DNA of 64,000 nt, from the sequence record NC_055721.1. One strand, 5' to 3'. The notes beneath the pieces are model-generated. The model had not been told where the DNA came from. It ran no database searches and was given only the letters and a program-made list of their open reading frames with translations. This document shows, in pieces, positions 63,879-64,000 of this stretch (position 1 is its first letter; every line of letters begins with the position of its first letter). Source of the DNA: Escherichia phage EcS1. Made by a program: the position numbers and the translations under genes.

Positions 63879-64000
63879 ATGATTCGTTGGTCATAAGTGA
63901 TAAGACTTGATGTTCTAAGTCCGTCGAGTTTGCCGCCTAAAAATACGACAGAAAAATGTGGATGCTTATTCATCAAACTCACATCAGGAGATGTACATAA

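Overview
This window is a T4-like (Tevenvirinae, RB69-like by my recollection of gp43/UvsX/RegA/Dda sequences) myophage early/middle region, with every supported gene on the minus strand. Gene order along transcription (high to low coordinate) is regB - tk - rI - nrdC - 49 - nrdD - nrdG - nrdH - 55 - 47 - 46 - rpbA - 45 - 44 - 62 - regA - 43 - 42 - uvsX - 40 - 41 - 61 - 56 - soc - mod - dda - dexA - 39 - rIIA. All calls rest on reading the supplied ORF translations and the nucleotide text by eye; no database search was run. The main departure from T4 is the uvsX-43 interval (19037-26001): beta-glucosyltransferase and imm are absent, and gp42 dCMP hydroxymethylase sits inside a cassette encoding a KdsD-like arabinose-5-phosphate isomerase, a HAD phosphatase, a fused nucleotidyltransferase/APH-type kinase, a P-loop kinase and a 303-aa orphan. 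This is consistent with a non-glucose (arabinose-type) hmC glycosylation pathway. Translationally coupled to gp42 are an AroQ chorismate-mutase-like ORF and a U32-family ORF, the enzyme pairing expected for prephenate-dependent hydroxylation; I regard this as the most interesting candidate for an undescribed system. Other points: alpha-gt and dam appear absent, gene 39 is a single fused 39/60-type ORF, there is a perfect 126-bp tandem duplication, recurring early-promoter/inverted-repeat cassettes, two likely frameshifted gene remnants, a macro-domain protein and a Pol-beta-type nucleotidyltransferase. No tRNA or CRISPR array was found.
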